Part shown: in pieces, positions 12,657 to 25,129 of the stretch
How positions within the stretch are numbered: position 1 is the first letter of the stretch
How the letters are laid out: each line of letters begins with the position of its first letter
Origin: Tubulanus polymorphus
Taxonomy: Eukaryota > Animalia > Nemertea
DNA length: 64,000 nucleotides
Assembly (NCBI RefSeq): GCF_964204645.1
Contig: NC_134027.1
Span: 23,708,560-23,772,559 of the forward strand
Direction of reading: 5' to 3'
Made by a program: the position numbers and the translations under genes
The notes under the pieces: model-generated
What the model saw: the letters and a program-made list of their open reading frames with translations, nothing else
Told to the model about the DNA's origin: nothing
Databases searched by the model: none

Positions 12657-13538
12657 CTTTTTGAGGGGTCAGAACCTTGGGAACTAGTGGCGCCATCTAT
12701 CCGTCTCCACGCGAAACACTACATTAGCACTGTCATAATATCAGTCCAACTTAATCCTCCCTCTCCACTCAATCCCTTCCTCTTCCCATCCCCGAAGAGA
12801 ATCTACAGAAGACATTAATTCATTAAACCAAGAAATAAGACATTTAACCCCACATAGACAAAGTCTGAAATTCCTTTTAAGCTGATGTTATGTTAATTGT
12901 CAATTATATATATGATATATCATATGGACCTTCATGATCTGAAGAAAATGGATTAATAAAATTAATTCAACGTTTCAACTTTATCCTCATAGTAATCTTC
13001 AGGAATAAGATATATATACCCATACCGTAACATACTTTTAAACTAAGATATTTTACACACTGCAGTAGTGGATTCAGGGATTGGTTCAGCAGGGATCCAA
13101 ACACTCCTCCCATACCAGAATGCACACCCCTTTCAAAAATTTAAGAAGTTCAAAAATTCTACACAAGCTGATGCCCAAGATTACAATATGTCCACTCTGT
13201 TAAGTTTAAAGTCTTATTTTGTGCTCATTCACAATTCAGTGCTACGACAAAATATTGTGTAATGTCGTTTCAATAATCAAAATTGAAAAAAAATCATCTG
13301 TAATTAATCGTTGATTTTGTATGGTTAATTATTTCTAACACAACTGACAAATTTCTAAATAAATCTTGTGACCCCATGCATCTTGTGTAAATAGAAAGTT
13401 CCTTTTTTTACTGAACCGCCGGGCTGCCCTTTGAAAATTCCTGATATGCCGCCACCCTGGCCTCCTTTTGATAGGCTGGTCAATCAATTCAACGAATATC
13501 AAATACAAAAACAATAAACTTCTTCTTTATAAACAAAT

Positions 13539-13544
13539 TTTATT
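13539..13544 (-). terminator. Candidate distal poly(A) signal of ZNF507
   Basis: AATAAA on the minus strand followed by a GT/T-rich tract (gtttattgtttttgtatttg). Assignment to ZNF507 is inferred. Confidence 0.4.
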
Positions 13545-16299
13545 TTAAGCGACTAAGTCAAAATGACAAACACACTACCAGTTGAAAAATGCACAATTCA
13601 TATTGAATATCTCGTCTAAAATACAACATATACGTTATAATATACCGTACCACAAAAACAGCTGTTTACAATATCATCAGACTCATTATGAAAAACTAGT
13701 TTCCAACGTATTTAAGTTCCGTCCCATATCTACCGCAGTCAGAATAGCGCAGTTCGATCGTTCATTATTAAATAATAACGCGAAATTAAAATACGATTAA
13801 TTTCGCTTTTTATTGTCGGGGAAAATTATCAAGTTAGTTCGTGTGATGATGCGACACAAAATCAAGTCAAATCCACAGGGGCTCGTAGCAGTACCGGTAC
13901 TAGAGTTTGGGGCTGAACTGTAGTTAGATCATCTAATATCCTAGGGAACACATTCTAAATATGTATATAAAATACATGTAGTTGGCCTATTACTGGATGA
14001 CCTGAACTACACCCCAAAACTCTAAAGAGCCCCTGAAGTGAAATCAGTTGCTCGAAAAATTAATACATGTATTTTCATTCCAACACACGAAATCAGATCA
14101 GAATTTCCGTAGCGGAGAGATCGGTGGATAGGCACGGTGAAAATGAGTGGAATTTTTCCACATTTTCAACATCGAATTTCGATCAAAATTATATAAATAC
14201 CACATCTTTTTAAATACGGCCTGTCGCATTGAAAAAGCAGGCCGTACAAACTTGCAAAAGTGGCATCAAAATCAAATATTTTGACTTTCAACAAGCGTAA
14301 ATGAAGCGAAACATCAAACCGTAGGCCTGCTGCTTAGATTTTCTTCTTTTTTTCTAAAAAAGTTTCCACGAATATCTGTAATCTTTCACATTATTTCACC
14401 ACCACAGAGATTTCGGATTAAAGGAATTTCTTATAATATACAGATTAATCGCGCCGCAGTTCATGTCCCCAAATTTTCTAAATTGATTTCGTGAATACAT
14501 AAAAGCGATTAAGAGAGACAAAATTTGAGCCAAGCTTCACAACTAGCTATCTATAGGTATTCGGCAGCTATGGCAAAAACTGTCAATAATTAAGTACCCG
14601 TACCAGAAAAATATTCAACGACTTGCACCATTCATTCTAACGCCATAAATCATTAATTAAATTTTCCCGAAGATTCGATCGTTTCGCGCGCGATTGCGAT
14701 CGGCTGTAAAATGTTTCCGCCGAACACAATTTACGTTGTCAACATCTGAGCCGTAATTCATCGTCGAATATAAACTAATAAACGAAGGAGTGGACTGATG
14801 GATGTTTATTATTATTACAAAATACGAGACCGGCGAAGCAGACGTCGATTTTATTGATTGATCGGAAAATGACCGCGCCGCACACATACTCCTCGTATCG
14901 AAAAAAAAACCTTGACGTATATCAATCTAAATTAGAAATACTGAACGGTCTTCGTAATAAAATCCCTCATTAATCAGTTCACGAAGTTTGCTCGATTGCC
15001 TTAAAAATGTACTCTGCAAATCTGAATTAAGCCTACTATAGCCGGGGCACCGATACACTACAGGTACGAATAATCCCAAAATGATCTCTATGTCTTAATA
15101 CTAGTTTTAAGGAGGATTGGCTATAGAACCAAACTGAGCTTAGACCGGTTTAAAGAAGATGTTAGATTTGGCTTAAGAACCGAACCGAGAATTGATTCTA
15201 GAACCAAAATGGGTTTAGACTGGTCTAATGGCATCAAATCCAAAATTGGTTTTGACTGGTCTTAGATTGGCTACAGAACCAAAGTGACTAAATTTTAGGC
15301 ACAAATCAAGTCTCAACTGTGCAATTGGCCTCAGTTGCAACTTTTCAAGTCCCAAGTAGTCTCAAATCTTAAGAAATCCTTAGATTGGCTGAACTTATTT
15401 GGTCTTAGAATGGTCTAAAATCTAAGCCGCAACTGTGTGACTGGCCCCATTGTTGTAGAGTTCAATTGTTTCATTATGCAACTCTACAAAGCGAAAATGG
15501 GTGCAAAAATCAAGTGAGAACCAATTTTAAGTAAACATGCTCATACAGTTAAAATGATAATTCATGAGTCCGGATTTGCATTTGTCGCTAGATGACAAAT
15601 CTATCACTAATCATAAAATGATATAGTATTTTCGTGTTAAGTAATCCGCCTAAGTGCATCATGAGAAAAAAAATGCATCCTTCCTTATCTATCAAGATGA
15701 TTAACTATTGAACAGAAATTTCCCGTTGCAAACAGTAAGTGGTAAACTAAAGCCTCACGTACATTTTACAATTGTAAGTTTTGTTAGTACATTGCATTAT
15801 GAGCTTGTTTCAGGCCCGTGCCGAGAGGGAAGTGTTCAGTGTAGCGAACGAACCCCCTAACATTTTCGAAGTGCCCTGCAAAAAAGTCAATTAAAATTTG
15901 GGTCAAGATTTTTCGAAAAATTTAGATACAATTTTCATGTTTTTTCTTTTTGCAATATGAAAAGTAATCCATTTTCAAGGACACTAAGTATAAAAAAAAG
16001 CTCAGCACGGCCTGGCTTTAACAACAGAAATCAATATTGCATTTACAACTACATAAGACTCAGCTCAACCATCATGGTCACTGGATTTGGTGTCCACAGA
16101 ACGTTTTGCAACAAGATCGAATCGTTTACAAGTTTCTGAAAAATGCATCAACACAGATCTAAAATCAACAAATAGCACAAAGTAATGAGCCAATATAACT
16201 GGAAGTCTGAGATAATATGATATGCATAACGCGCAAGGTTTTTCAACGAGCAAGCTTATCCTGGTAACATAAAATATTCAGGCTAAAAGAAAATGATTC

Positions 16300-16590
16300 C
16301 TTGTTTCAGTGTGTCTACACCGCAGTGCGGTGTATAAATGCGGTGTTTGACTTTGTTAATACACTGCATCGTGGTGCATTGATCTTATTAGTAATCAGTT
16401 TTTATCTCTACCGAAAGATGGCAGCACCTGTCAAGTCAGAGTGAAATATTTTGATAAGGATACACTGCGCCGCGGAGTAGACGCACTAAAGCCGTACGCC
16501 GGTTATTTAACACGCTGGATTGGAGTTTTTTGAATACTCAAATTATGTCCAGCACTTTTGGGTATCAATTAGTCAGCACTGAAGGGCTAA
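16300..16590 (+). mobile_element. piggyBac-type MITE, diverged copy
   Basis: TTTCAGTGTGTCTACACCGCAGTGCGGTG ... AGTCAGCACTGAAGGG, homologous to the 27935 copy. Confidence 0.7.
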
Positions 16591-19500
16591 TCCATGCAGG
16601 CAATTCAAATCATTGTATTCATTCGAAGAAGTGGCTTATTCATGTGTACGTACCCTGTGAACGTACACCTCGCCGGATCAACAATTTGCCTCTATATCAC
16701 CAGGATAGAGACTAACGTCGTTTCGAAATAATGCACTCGAAGGATATGATAGAAACGTGACGAAACATTCCCGAATCATCTAAAATACACGTCATAAAAT
16801 AGTACACATGCATTCAGTAACTAATTCAGATCTAAATCGATTGAGACAAATTGAGATGAAGAAATAAAAAGAAACAAACAAGAATAACGAACGTAACACG
16901 AGACAAAAATAAACGCGTCTGCTGCCATATTGAAACCACTGATAAGAATCAATTATATGTATAGTTTTTGCCGTTTCATTTCACCGGCATATTTCTACAA
17001 ACTCAACAACCCGTTATTTTATAGACAAGGTCAAAACTGAGGTTCTTAAACCCGGTCAATTTTCATTTCGTTTTGATAGCCAATTGAACAGTACGACTAC
17101 AAGACTGTTTTCCACTTCAGTTGAAACTCATGTCCACATCCAGTTCCGTAGTTAGTTGTCCGCTAGTAAAGGTTCAAAATTGATAACAATACAGTCTCGA
17201 AAACGTCAGAAATCGGTTATTTCTGAATCTATTAGCTGATGAAATATCAGAAGAAGCAGATTTCGGACTTTTTCGTTACATGCTGTGGGACCCTATTGTT
17301 ATCATTATAACACGCATATTGTGCGCGTTCTCTCATGACTTCGAAATTGGTTCATTACTGATGTGATTCTGGAGTCTTTTTTAAACTCTAAAAGTTCACG
17401 AAAAATTAGAGCTTTAATCGGTTAAGTTTAAAACGTTGTCCTCATTGACAATGTGAAGCAATTTAACCAATACTATAGTTTAACATTGTCAAGGAACTGG
17501 ACGCAGGTTCTGTCAATTCAGCCAAGAGAACATTACCGATAATTGGAAACCAAGAACTCTCGGAGTGAAATTAAACACAGGACTGCGGAAATGGATCGAG
17601 AACTTCACCTATAACTCAGTATGATGGTCCTAATCCTTCTACGAATAAATAATAAGTCAATTCTAAACGCCATTGGATATTTACAAGTATTCTCAGTATA
17701 AAAAAAAGTTTTTTACGTACACTAAATTAAGAAGGATATTGGAAGAGTCAGCAAATTCGTAACGCGTTTCCTAGAGAAACTTGCGCGAGGGCTTCGAATT
17801 TCCAAAACACTACATAATGGGGAGCTGCAAATTCAGTTATCAGCCAGACGACGTGACGAGCACTCAAGTCTTACATCGTCAAAATTAGTTCATTTTCAAT
17901 TAACTTTGAACTGTATTTTTAGGCGCCTGAATCCATACATTATCAAAGCACCCACCAATATATACCAGGGACATCAAATTCATTTTTCTACTCAGTAATT
18001 GGTATAGTTTTCATTAATGATTGAATTACTTAATGAATTATTTCAGAGAAAAGTTTGTTCAACTTAAACTGAAATGCAGAAGAAGAAATTGAATGCAGAG
18101 GACCAAGTAACTAATAGCGAACCTGGTGGGTCCTCGCTTGCCATAGGCGGAATACTCCATTGCTAGAGTAGCGTCGGCAGCTCCCCATTGAACGATAATC
18201 TGTGAAAATTTTAAGGTTTTAGGGAAGTCATCAGCATCATCCAAACAAGATATAGAGGTCTTGCACTTGACGTCATAGTCCGTTTGGCAAGCATACGTAA
18301 CAACAGAAGATAATATCAGGGGACCTACAAACTTCACAAGTCTGTAATAAGTCATTTTTTGTGCTAGTCCGCTAGTGCGGCGTTTTCATATGCCTGCAAG
18401 ACCTTGACCACGCCACTATGACAAAACGACTAACCTACATAATAATGATGGGGTATAAGCTTTGTTACGAAGCTTGAACCGCCCTTCAAACACTTCCAGA
18501 AATTACTGAAATCAGGCCAGTTGTTTACTGGCAATATTCGATAAAGCTTCATTCGTCAACCGGTTACTATTAAACCGCACATCACGTTGCTGCACAGGGA
18601 AGGCATAAGAATAAATGCAATGAAAAAAGAAGCACACACCAATCTTCAAGGGGTACTCAATAGAGGATTGACTACATTTCAAACAAACTTTTTTTAAACA
18701 AAGAACATTTTTTTATCGAACAACAAAAATGCGGCCGCATTTCTTATTTCTGTTTAGTGTAGTAAAAAAACATCGACTCAACAGGTACGACGTAGATTTT
18801 AAAAAAAAACAACTTCATCCCTCAAATAAATCCGTATTCGTCGGAAACCATAAATGTCTATGTATCAAAAATCTCTAGAAAATTTCTACGTAAATTTCGA
18901 ATCTCAACTGCGAATTTATTTATTAAAAGTTGTCGGTGACTGGTTGTTTGTTACTGAAACATCAACTTTTTGAGCCGGTGAAAAAAAAATTCCAGGCCTA
19001 TGCAGGTTTAATTCGAAGACGTTGCAGATTTTTTGAGTGACACGACGACAAAGCAAATCAAAAACTATGATGCCGCCATGACCCCATTCCGCAGTCCTTG
19101 TTCAATATTCGACTACATTAGAACTAATCTAACTGCTTCTTAACCAAGAACTGCAAAAATGGGTCGTGGTTCACAAGCTGGGCATCAAAAATCCCTCAGG
19201 TGAGTTAAATATTTGACTAGGGTGTGACCAGTGGTAGCTAATAGACAGGGCCCATACAGATCAGTCATTCCTGGACATAAGGAGTTTTAAAGGAGAACAT
19301 TTTTCACATTTCGAGGAAGCGTCTATTATTAGAGACTCCTCCAACATATCGGTAATGTTTATCTCGGTAAACCATTAATTTGGTGGTTTTAAAAGCAAAT
19401 TTTTATCCTTGATACAAGTAAACTTGGTTTCTAATGCGGTAAATGCTTCATAGGGTAACAAACAGATCCTGCTTCCAACTGTACCGATTTATACGCAGTC

Positions 19501-20578
19501 TAATCTACCACTTCTTAAGTATCCAGTTGCCTATTTCTCAAAATTGAAGGAGTTTCTGACATTTTGCTCAAATAAAAGAGAAAACATGCAGAACTGACTG
19601 TTAGAACTGATAAAATTTGAAATTTTCAACGGGCATTCTCCGTAAATTAACCAGGAACTCTGAAGTCAAATTCAACAAAGGATTACGTAACTGGCCCACT
19701 GGTCTATTTCAAAGGCCTGTAAAGCTGCATGTAAGATTAAATACCAATTTTCTAAGTTAAAGCTGCTCAGAGATTAAGTTGAGATTCATAGACGAAGCAA
19801 ATACTGGTATCCGACAATTTTGGCCCGAACCTGTTACTGTTCTTAAGGATGATTTAACTCTCGTTTTTGGTCTTAAGACCAGGACCCAGTTCCACAGTTA
19901 ACTCATTGAAAATTAACTGATTTCAACTCAGAGTTAACTCTAACTCACAACTGTGGAACTGGATCTAGGTCTATACCTTAGACACCAAAATGGGACTGAC
20001 ATTGTATACACGTATTCGGTAGATATATTATACAAATATATGACCAAAAAGGACTTAGCCCGATCTTATCAATCTAAAGACTTCGATGTACAAAACACCG
20101 GTCTACTACCGGTACTTTTTCAGAGCCCAGCTGTACAGTTGTGACTCAAGCCCAAAATAGTTCTTAACACATTTGCTGCCACTGGTTCTCAGTCACGCTG
20201 CCACCAGGTGCCACCAGGAGTATACTTTACTCTTAGCAGAACAGTTAGATATTTGCACTATGGCACTCAGGAACGACGCGGTTCCTGATTGGCTGGCAAT
20301 GTAAACAAACTCTGCTCCATTTTCAACACTCATTGGTCGATTTCAAGCTGACTATGTAAACAGCTCCAGCGCCAACCTATTAGTATATTTGTACTGACAA
20401 TTGGGGGCAGCACCGTATTATCGAGCCAGCAGCGAACGAGTTAAATCTAAAGATCAGCTGTATAGTGCTAAGACTAGAATTGGTCCTAAATCCCAGACTG
20501 ACCCAGATCCTTTTAAAACATTCAAGTTTTAGGCGACTCAGAACTTTTCAAAACTTTTTCAAGACCTTGAACGTTATT

Positions 20579-20795
20579 CAGGGCTGCCAACCTCCGAAAA
20601 GTGACAGTAACAAATTGAATATTTTTCAGTAACATTGCATTGAAATCTGAAAGAAAATCTTCAAATGCAGTAATCCAACAGTAAAACCCTCAGTAACATC
20701 TTTCATATTTCTGTACGCATTGAAAGAATCAAATCAGTACTCCTCCTTATAAATAAGTTACAAATACTGATAATCAGGAACAGTTGGCAGCTCTG
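20579..20795. mobile_element. hAT-like MITE inserted at the ZNF507 stop codon
   Basis: TIRs CAGGGCTGCCAAC / GTTGGCAGCTCTG; flanks GTTATT / ATTACT (4/6 match); contains one copy of the 58-bp unit. Confidence 0.8.
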
Positions 20796-20796
20796 A

Positions 20797-23700
20797 TTAC
20801 TTAACGTTCGCGACCAGTTTCTTTGATTTGCCGTTCGCGTCTTTCTTCCCGATTTCGAGAGTCTGCGCGATGATGTCGACGTGTTCTTTCATGTGCGCGG
20901 CGAGATTCGACCGATTCGTCGACTCGTAGCCGCACTGACAACACCGGAACGTGACGAGCGGGTGCGATTCCGTGTCGGCGGTAATGGCTGCCGTCGCGAC
21001 GACGACAGGTTTCGTCGGGATCGCCGCCGTCGCGACGGTTATCTCCTCGACGACGGACGCCGGTTTGACGTGATTGTCGAAGTCGACGGCCGCGTTGATG
21101 ATGTTGTTCGCGAGCTGGTAACTGTACGAACGCTCGCTCGAGTGGCGCCACATGTGCGACTTCAACGACGGCAAGTGATGGCAGACGTAACCGCACAGGT
21201 TGCACTTGTACTGCTCGAGCGGCTGCTGCACGTAACGTTGATCGTTCACGTGGCGTTTCATGTGCGACTTCAAACTGCGGATCGACGTCGCCGAGAAGTC
21301 GCACAAACTGCACCGCATGACACGTTCCTGCTGCGTGTGCGCCGCGCGGCAGTGGTTGCGTATCGCGGCGAGCGTCGCGCACGCGTAATCGCACTGCTCG
21401 CACTTGAACAACTTCGCGTGCGACTGGCGGTGGTGTTTGTTGAGTTCGTCCTCGTCGGCGCCGGCGAACGCGCACTCGTCGCACCGGTAGACGCCGTCTG
21501 TTTGCAGTATCGCGCGGCTGTGCTGCTTCTCCTCGCACGTCTTCTTGTACACGTCGTTGCACGTGACGCACGTGTGGCTGCGCATGTGATTGCGAAATGC
21601 GATCGGGTTCTTCGACTCGGAGCCGCAGATGTCGCACACGAACGGCTCCTGTTCGTTGTGCGCCCGCATGTGCGCGCGCAGCTGACTCTTGTAGTTGAAA
21701 TTGCCCGGGCACAGCGTGCACTTGTACGTGCGCACTTTACAGTGCTGCAGCATGTGATCCTGAAGCCGGCTGCTCGACTCGGCGACGTGTTCGCACAGCG
21801 AACACTCGAACGGTTTCTTGATTTTGTGCAGACGCATGTGCTGCTTGATATAAACGGACGAACGGCTTTGATAATGGCACAACTGACACCGCATCGAGCC
21901 GGCGTCGTCTAGAAACTCGACGTTCGCTAGCGACTCGACCGGAATGCCGTCGTCGACCACCGACGCTGCCGTCTGCTTGGCGCGGTTTCGACGTTGACGC
22001 GTCGGTTTCGTCGGCGGCGCTTTCTCCGCAACGTCGGTTTCGTCTACCGATTCCGTCGACGAGTTTTTATCGTTTTTGCCCGACGGGTCAGCGGCCTCGT
22101 TGGCGCCGGTCTCCGATTGCGATCGTTCGCGCAGCTGCTCGATCACGGCCAGCAGAGAACTGCAAATTCCCGACGATTTCTTCTCGTTGTTCTCTTTACT
22201 GTCGTTGTTACTCGAACTACGCAGCACGCGCTTCGTCGACCTTGACACTGCCGCCGCGGCGACCTTTTTCCTCTCCGCGTTTTCGACGATGACCAATCCG
22301 TCGGTGCTGTCCTTATTAACGTGATCATCATCAGCGTTGCTTTCCTCTACATTCTTATCATCATCACCATCGATCATCTCTTCGTGGCATTTTTCGACAC
22401 CGGTTTTCTTCGAGCTGCTGACGACGACGACTTCGGCGACCTCGACGTCGCTCGAAACGACCGTCGGCGACCCGCACGACATCTCCGGGTAAGCGTGGTC
22501 TTTCAAGGATGCGCATGGCGAGAACGAACGCACCGAATAACCGTCCGGTTTGACGGCTACCAACGGACACGTATCGGTGACCTTCTCGACCTCGACCTTC
22601 GAGACATCGCTTCGCGAATCGTCCATTGATAGTCGAATCTTTTTCGCAACGTTGTCGTCCGCAGCCGATGCGTCAACGTCGATCGGTCTTTTTCTCGTTT
22701 CGACTTTGTCGTCGCTTTCCGACCCATGACCGGCGACGCCCGACATAGCCGACGCGTCCTTCTCGACGATGATAACGAGTCCTTTATTCGCGACGTCGCT
22801 CGCGCCGTCCGACGACGCGACGAGGTCGACTCTCTCCGCGCCGGCGATCGGCACCGACAGAGTCACCGCTTCTCGTCGCGCGGGGGTCGGCGAATCAAGT
22901 TTAAAAACACGGTACCGACTGGCGCCGGATTTCGCCTGCGTCTGCTGGATCACCGGCGGCGCCGTCTTCAAGCGCATTCCGTCATACATACTCAACGGAC
23001 CGTTCTGGAACATCGGATAATCGACGTCTTTGTGGCCGGAATGTTTCCACACGTGCGACTTGATCGTGCGCTGGTGTTCGCATGTGTAGCCGCAAATCAT
23101 ACAGCGGAATATTCCCAACGATTCGTCGAACGAGAATCGCGCCGATTCCGAATTGACGCCAATCATTTTCGACGCGGGAATCGCTGCTGTCGCCGTCTGC
23201 TCCGCGGTGACCTTCACCTTCGACGCGTCTTTTCCGTTGTTCTCAGTCGACACGATATGTTCGATGACGTGCTTCTGCATCGTACCGTGCGACTCGGTCG
23301 AAAAACCGCATTCGGCGCATTGTAAAATAGTCCCGGCAGCGCGCGCAACTTCACCGTCTTCCGACGACGACTTAGTCTCGACGACGCGCGCCGCATCGGC
23401 CGGCGCGGACGCGTGCTTATCCGCGACGTGCGCGTTAACGCTCTCCTGATCAGCGCTCGCGTAGCCACACGTACCGCACGCGTATATCGTCTCGTCGTCG
23501 ACGCCGTCGCGGCGCCGAGCGCGACATGTTTCGATGTGCGCGAACAGCTCGTCCAACGAGTTCGCCTGCTGGTTACAGAAACAGCACTGCGCGGCGCGAC
23601 TCGCGTGCATCTTGATATGATTTGTCAGGTGGCCCTTCTTGCGGAACGTCGCGTTGCAGTGGCTGCACTCGAACGGCCGGTCGTTGCTGTGCACGATCAG

Positions 23701-24060
23701 GTGTTCTTTCAGCGCCGAGCTGCGTTTGCCGGCGTAGTCGCAGAACGGGCATTTATACGGTCGGTCGGCGCTGTGCACGAGGTCGATGTGCTGCTTCAGG
23801 TAGTATTTATTGTGACTCGAGTAGTCGCATTCGTCGCATTTGAATATCTCGACGTCTTTCGGCGGCGCGATCGTGTTGCGCACGACGATCGACGACACGC
23901 GGTTCGGCGTCGCCGCGGGTACGAACGCCGCCGCCGTCGTCGCTCCCGCGTGGGACGACGTTACTTTACCGTCGGCCGGGTCAACGCGACTGCAAATTTC
24001 CGTCAGTTTTTCGATGACGACCGTCAAAGCTTCCGAATCGGAGCTTTTTTCAGCCATCAT
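20797..24060 (-). CDS. ZNF507: C2H2 zinc-finger protein, ZNF507 orthologue (1087 aa, one coding exon)
   Basis: Many C2H2 fingers. Segments CGYTCEHQRTIKSHVWKHSG..VDYP, SLLAVIEQLRER and CGYVCHHLPSLKSHMWRH...Y.Y...N..IN.A match my recollection of vertebrate ZNF507. Splice acceptor tttttag at 24074-24075, just upstream of the ATG. Confidence 0.85.
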   Translation of the reverse strand: MMAEKSSDSEALTVVIEKLTEICSRVDPADGKVTSSHAGATTAAAFVPAATPNRVSSIVVRNTIAPPKDVEIFKCDECDYSSHNKYYLKQHIDLVHSADRPYKCPFCDYAGKRSSALKEHLIVHSNDRPFECSHCNATFRKKGHLTNHIKMHASRAAQCCFCNQQANSLDELFAHIETCRARRRDGVDDETIYACGTCGYASADQESVNAHVADKHASAPADAARVVETKSSSEDGEVARAAGTILQCAECGFSTESHGTMQKHVIEHIVSTENNGKDASKVKVTAEQTATAAIPASKMIGVNSESARFSFDESLGIFRCMICGYTCEHQRTIKSHVWKHSGHKDVDYPMFQNGPLSMYDGMRLKTAPPVIQQTQAKSGASRYRVFKLDSPTPARREAVTLSVPIAGAERVDLVASSDGASDVANKGLVIIVEKDASAMSGVAGHGSESDDKVETRKRPIDVDASAADDNVAKKIRLSMDDSRSDVSKVEVEKVTDTCPLVAVKPDGYSVRSFSPCASLKDHAYPEMSCGSPTVVSSDVEVAEVVVVSSSKKTGVEKCHEEMIDGDDDKNVEESNADDDHVNKDSTDGLVIVENAERKKVAAAAVSRSTKRVLRSSSNNDSKENNEKKSSGICSSLLAVIEQLRERSQSETGANEAADPSGKNDKNSSTESVDETDVAEKAPPTKPTRQRRNRAKQTAASVVDDGIPVESLANVEFLDDAGSMRCQLCHYQSRSSVYIKQHMRLHKIKKPFECSLCEHVAESSSRLQDHMLQHCKVRTYKCTLCPGNFNYKSQLRAHMRAHNEQEPFVCDICGSESKNPIAFRNHMRSHTCVTCNDVYKKTCEEKQHSRAILQTDGVYRCDECAFAGADEDELNKHHRQSHAKLFKCEQCDYACATLAAIRNHCRAAHTQQERVMRCSLCDFSATSIRSLKSHMKRHVNDQRYVQQPLEQYKCNLCGYVCHHLPSLKSHMWRHSSERSYSYQLANNIINAAVDFDNHVKPASVVEEITVATAAIPTKPVVVATAAITADTESHPLVTFRCCQCGYESTNRSNLAAHMKEHVDIIAQTLEIGKKDANGKSKKLVANVK

Positions 24061-25129
24061 TCGTTGCGCGGATCTAAAAATATCAATTTGAAGATGATGG
24101 TTATTCTAGTTAAAGCTTATATTAACCTCTCATATACCTGAAGGGTCATATACCAAAACGTCATAAAACTAGTCTTCATGAATTTTTGGTCGTACCCAGT
24201 AAACCTTGCCTAACTCGGACAAAATTCAACGCGCACAATTGGTCTGAGATAAGCGAAGTCCTAGTTAAACACATAGGAAAGATAAGTTCGGAAATCACAA
24301 AAGTAATTTTGTCTGAGTGAACCAAAAGTGCTAGTTGGCCATGTCCAAGTAAGGGGGGGTTTAGTGTAGTTTAGGCCTACATATTTTCCCCCTATTTTAA
24401 TTAGGGTCCGGGTAAGGTTTTGGGATGGGGCTAGATTTTAGGGTCAGAAATGGTTGGAGGTCAAAGGTAATTAAAAAGGCAGAACTTATTATTTCTGATG
24501 GCGGATAGACCTGACCTGATGGGCTAGTGGTAAAATGCAGCACTTAAACACAATTTAGCCACACATTGTGGTAATGGGTTTGAACCCTAATTTTTCAATA
24601 GGCCTAATTCTTCAATGATTGAAGAATAAATTGGAACTTAATACATCACTGTTCAACTAAGCTTATCATATCTCACATAGCCTTACAAGTTTCTAGTTAG
24701 CGGGTGAAACTGAATAAGATGACTGCCGATTGCATGACAATTGACTGATCGAAAAACCTGTGTCCATCTTGTGTCCAATTGACCCAATATAGCGTTAGCC
24801 AGGGCACACTAATAATAATCATTAAGACATCTAGTTGGTTTGAAAATTTGGGACCACTGGAAGAATGCTGGTAAACTTGGACATGTATCGTTTCTTCAAA
24901 GGCAAAAAGGGTACATTTCATCACTTCTTCAATAGGCCTACTTTCTCGTTTTTTGAATCAAAAATAAAATCTGGACAGGTGTTCCTCCGATCGTTTACTA
25001 CGCTTCGTTAGAGTAGAATGCCGAGGATGATCTTCATATTTACCCGCTCGATCGGTCGTACTTTGGCTTCAATTAAATATCTCGATGATAGCCGTCGAGG
25101 AGATAATAATATTCATTCAGTTCACATGT

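Noticed and set aside
20801-24141. Long overlapping and antisense ORFs (306, 343, 199, 242 aa) over ZNF507
   Set aside because: Shadow frames of a GC/CpG-rich CDS, with low-complexity Arg/Val-rich translations and no recognisable domains.
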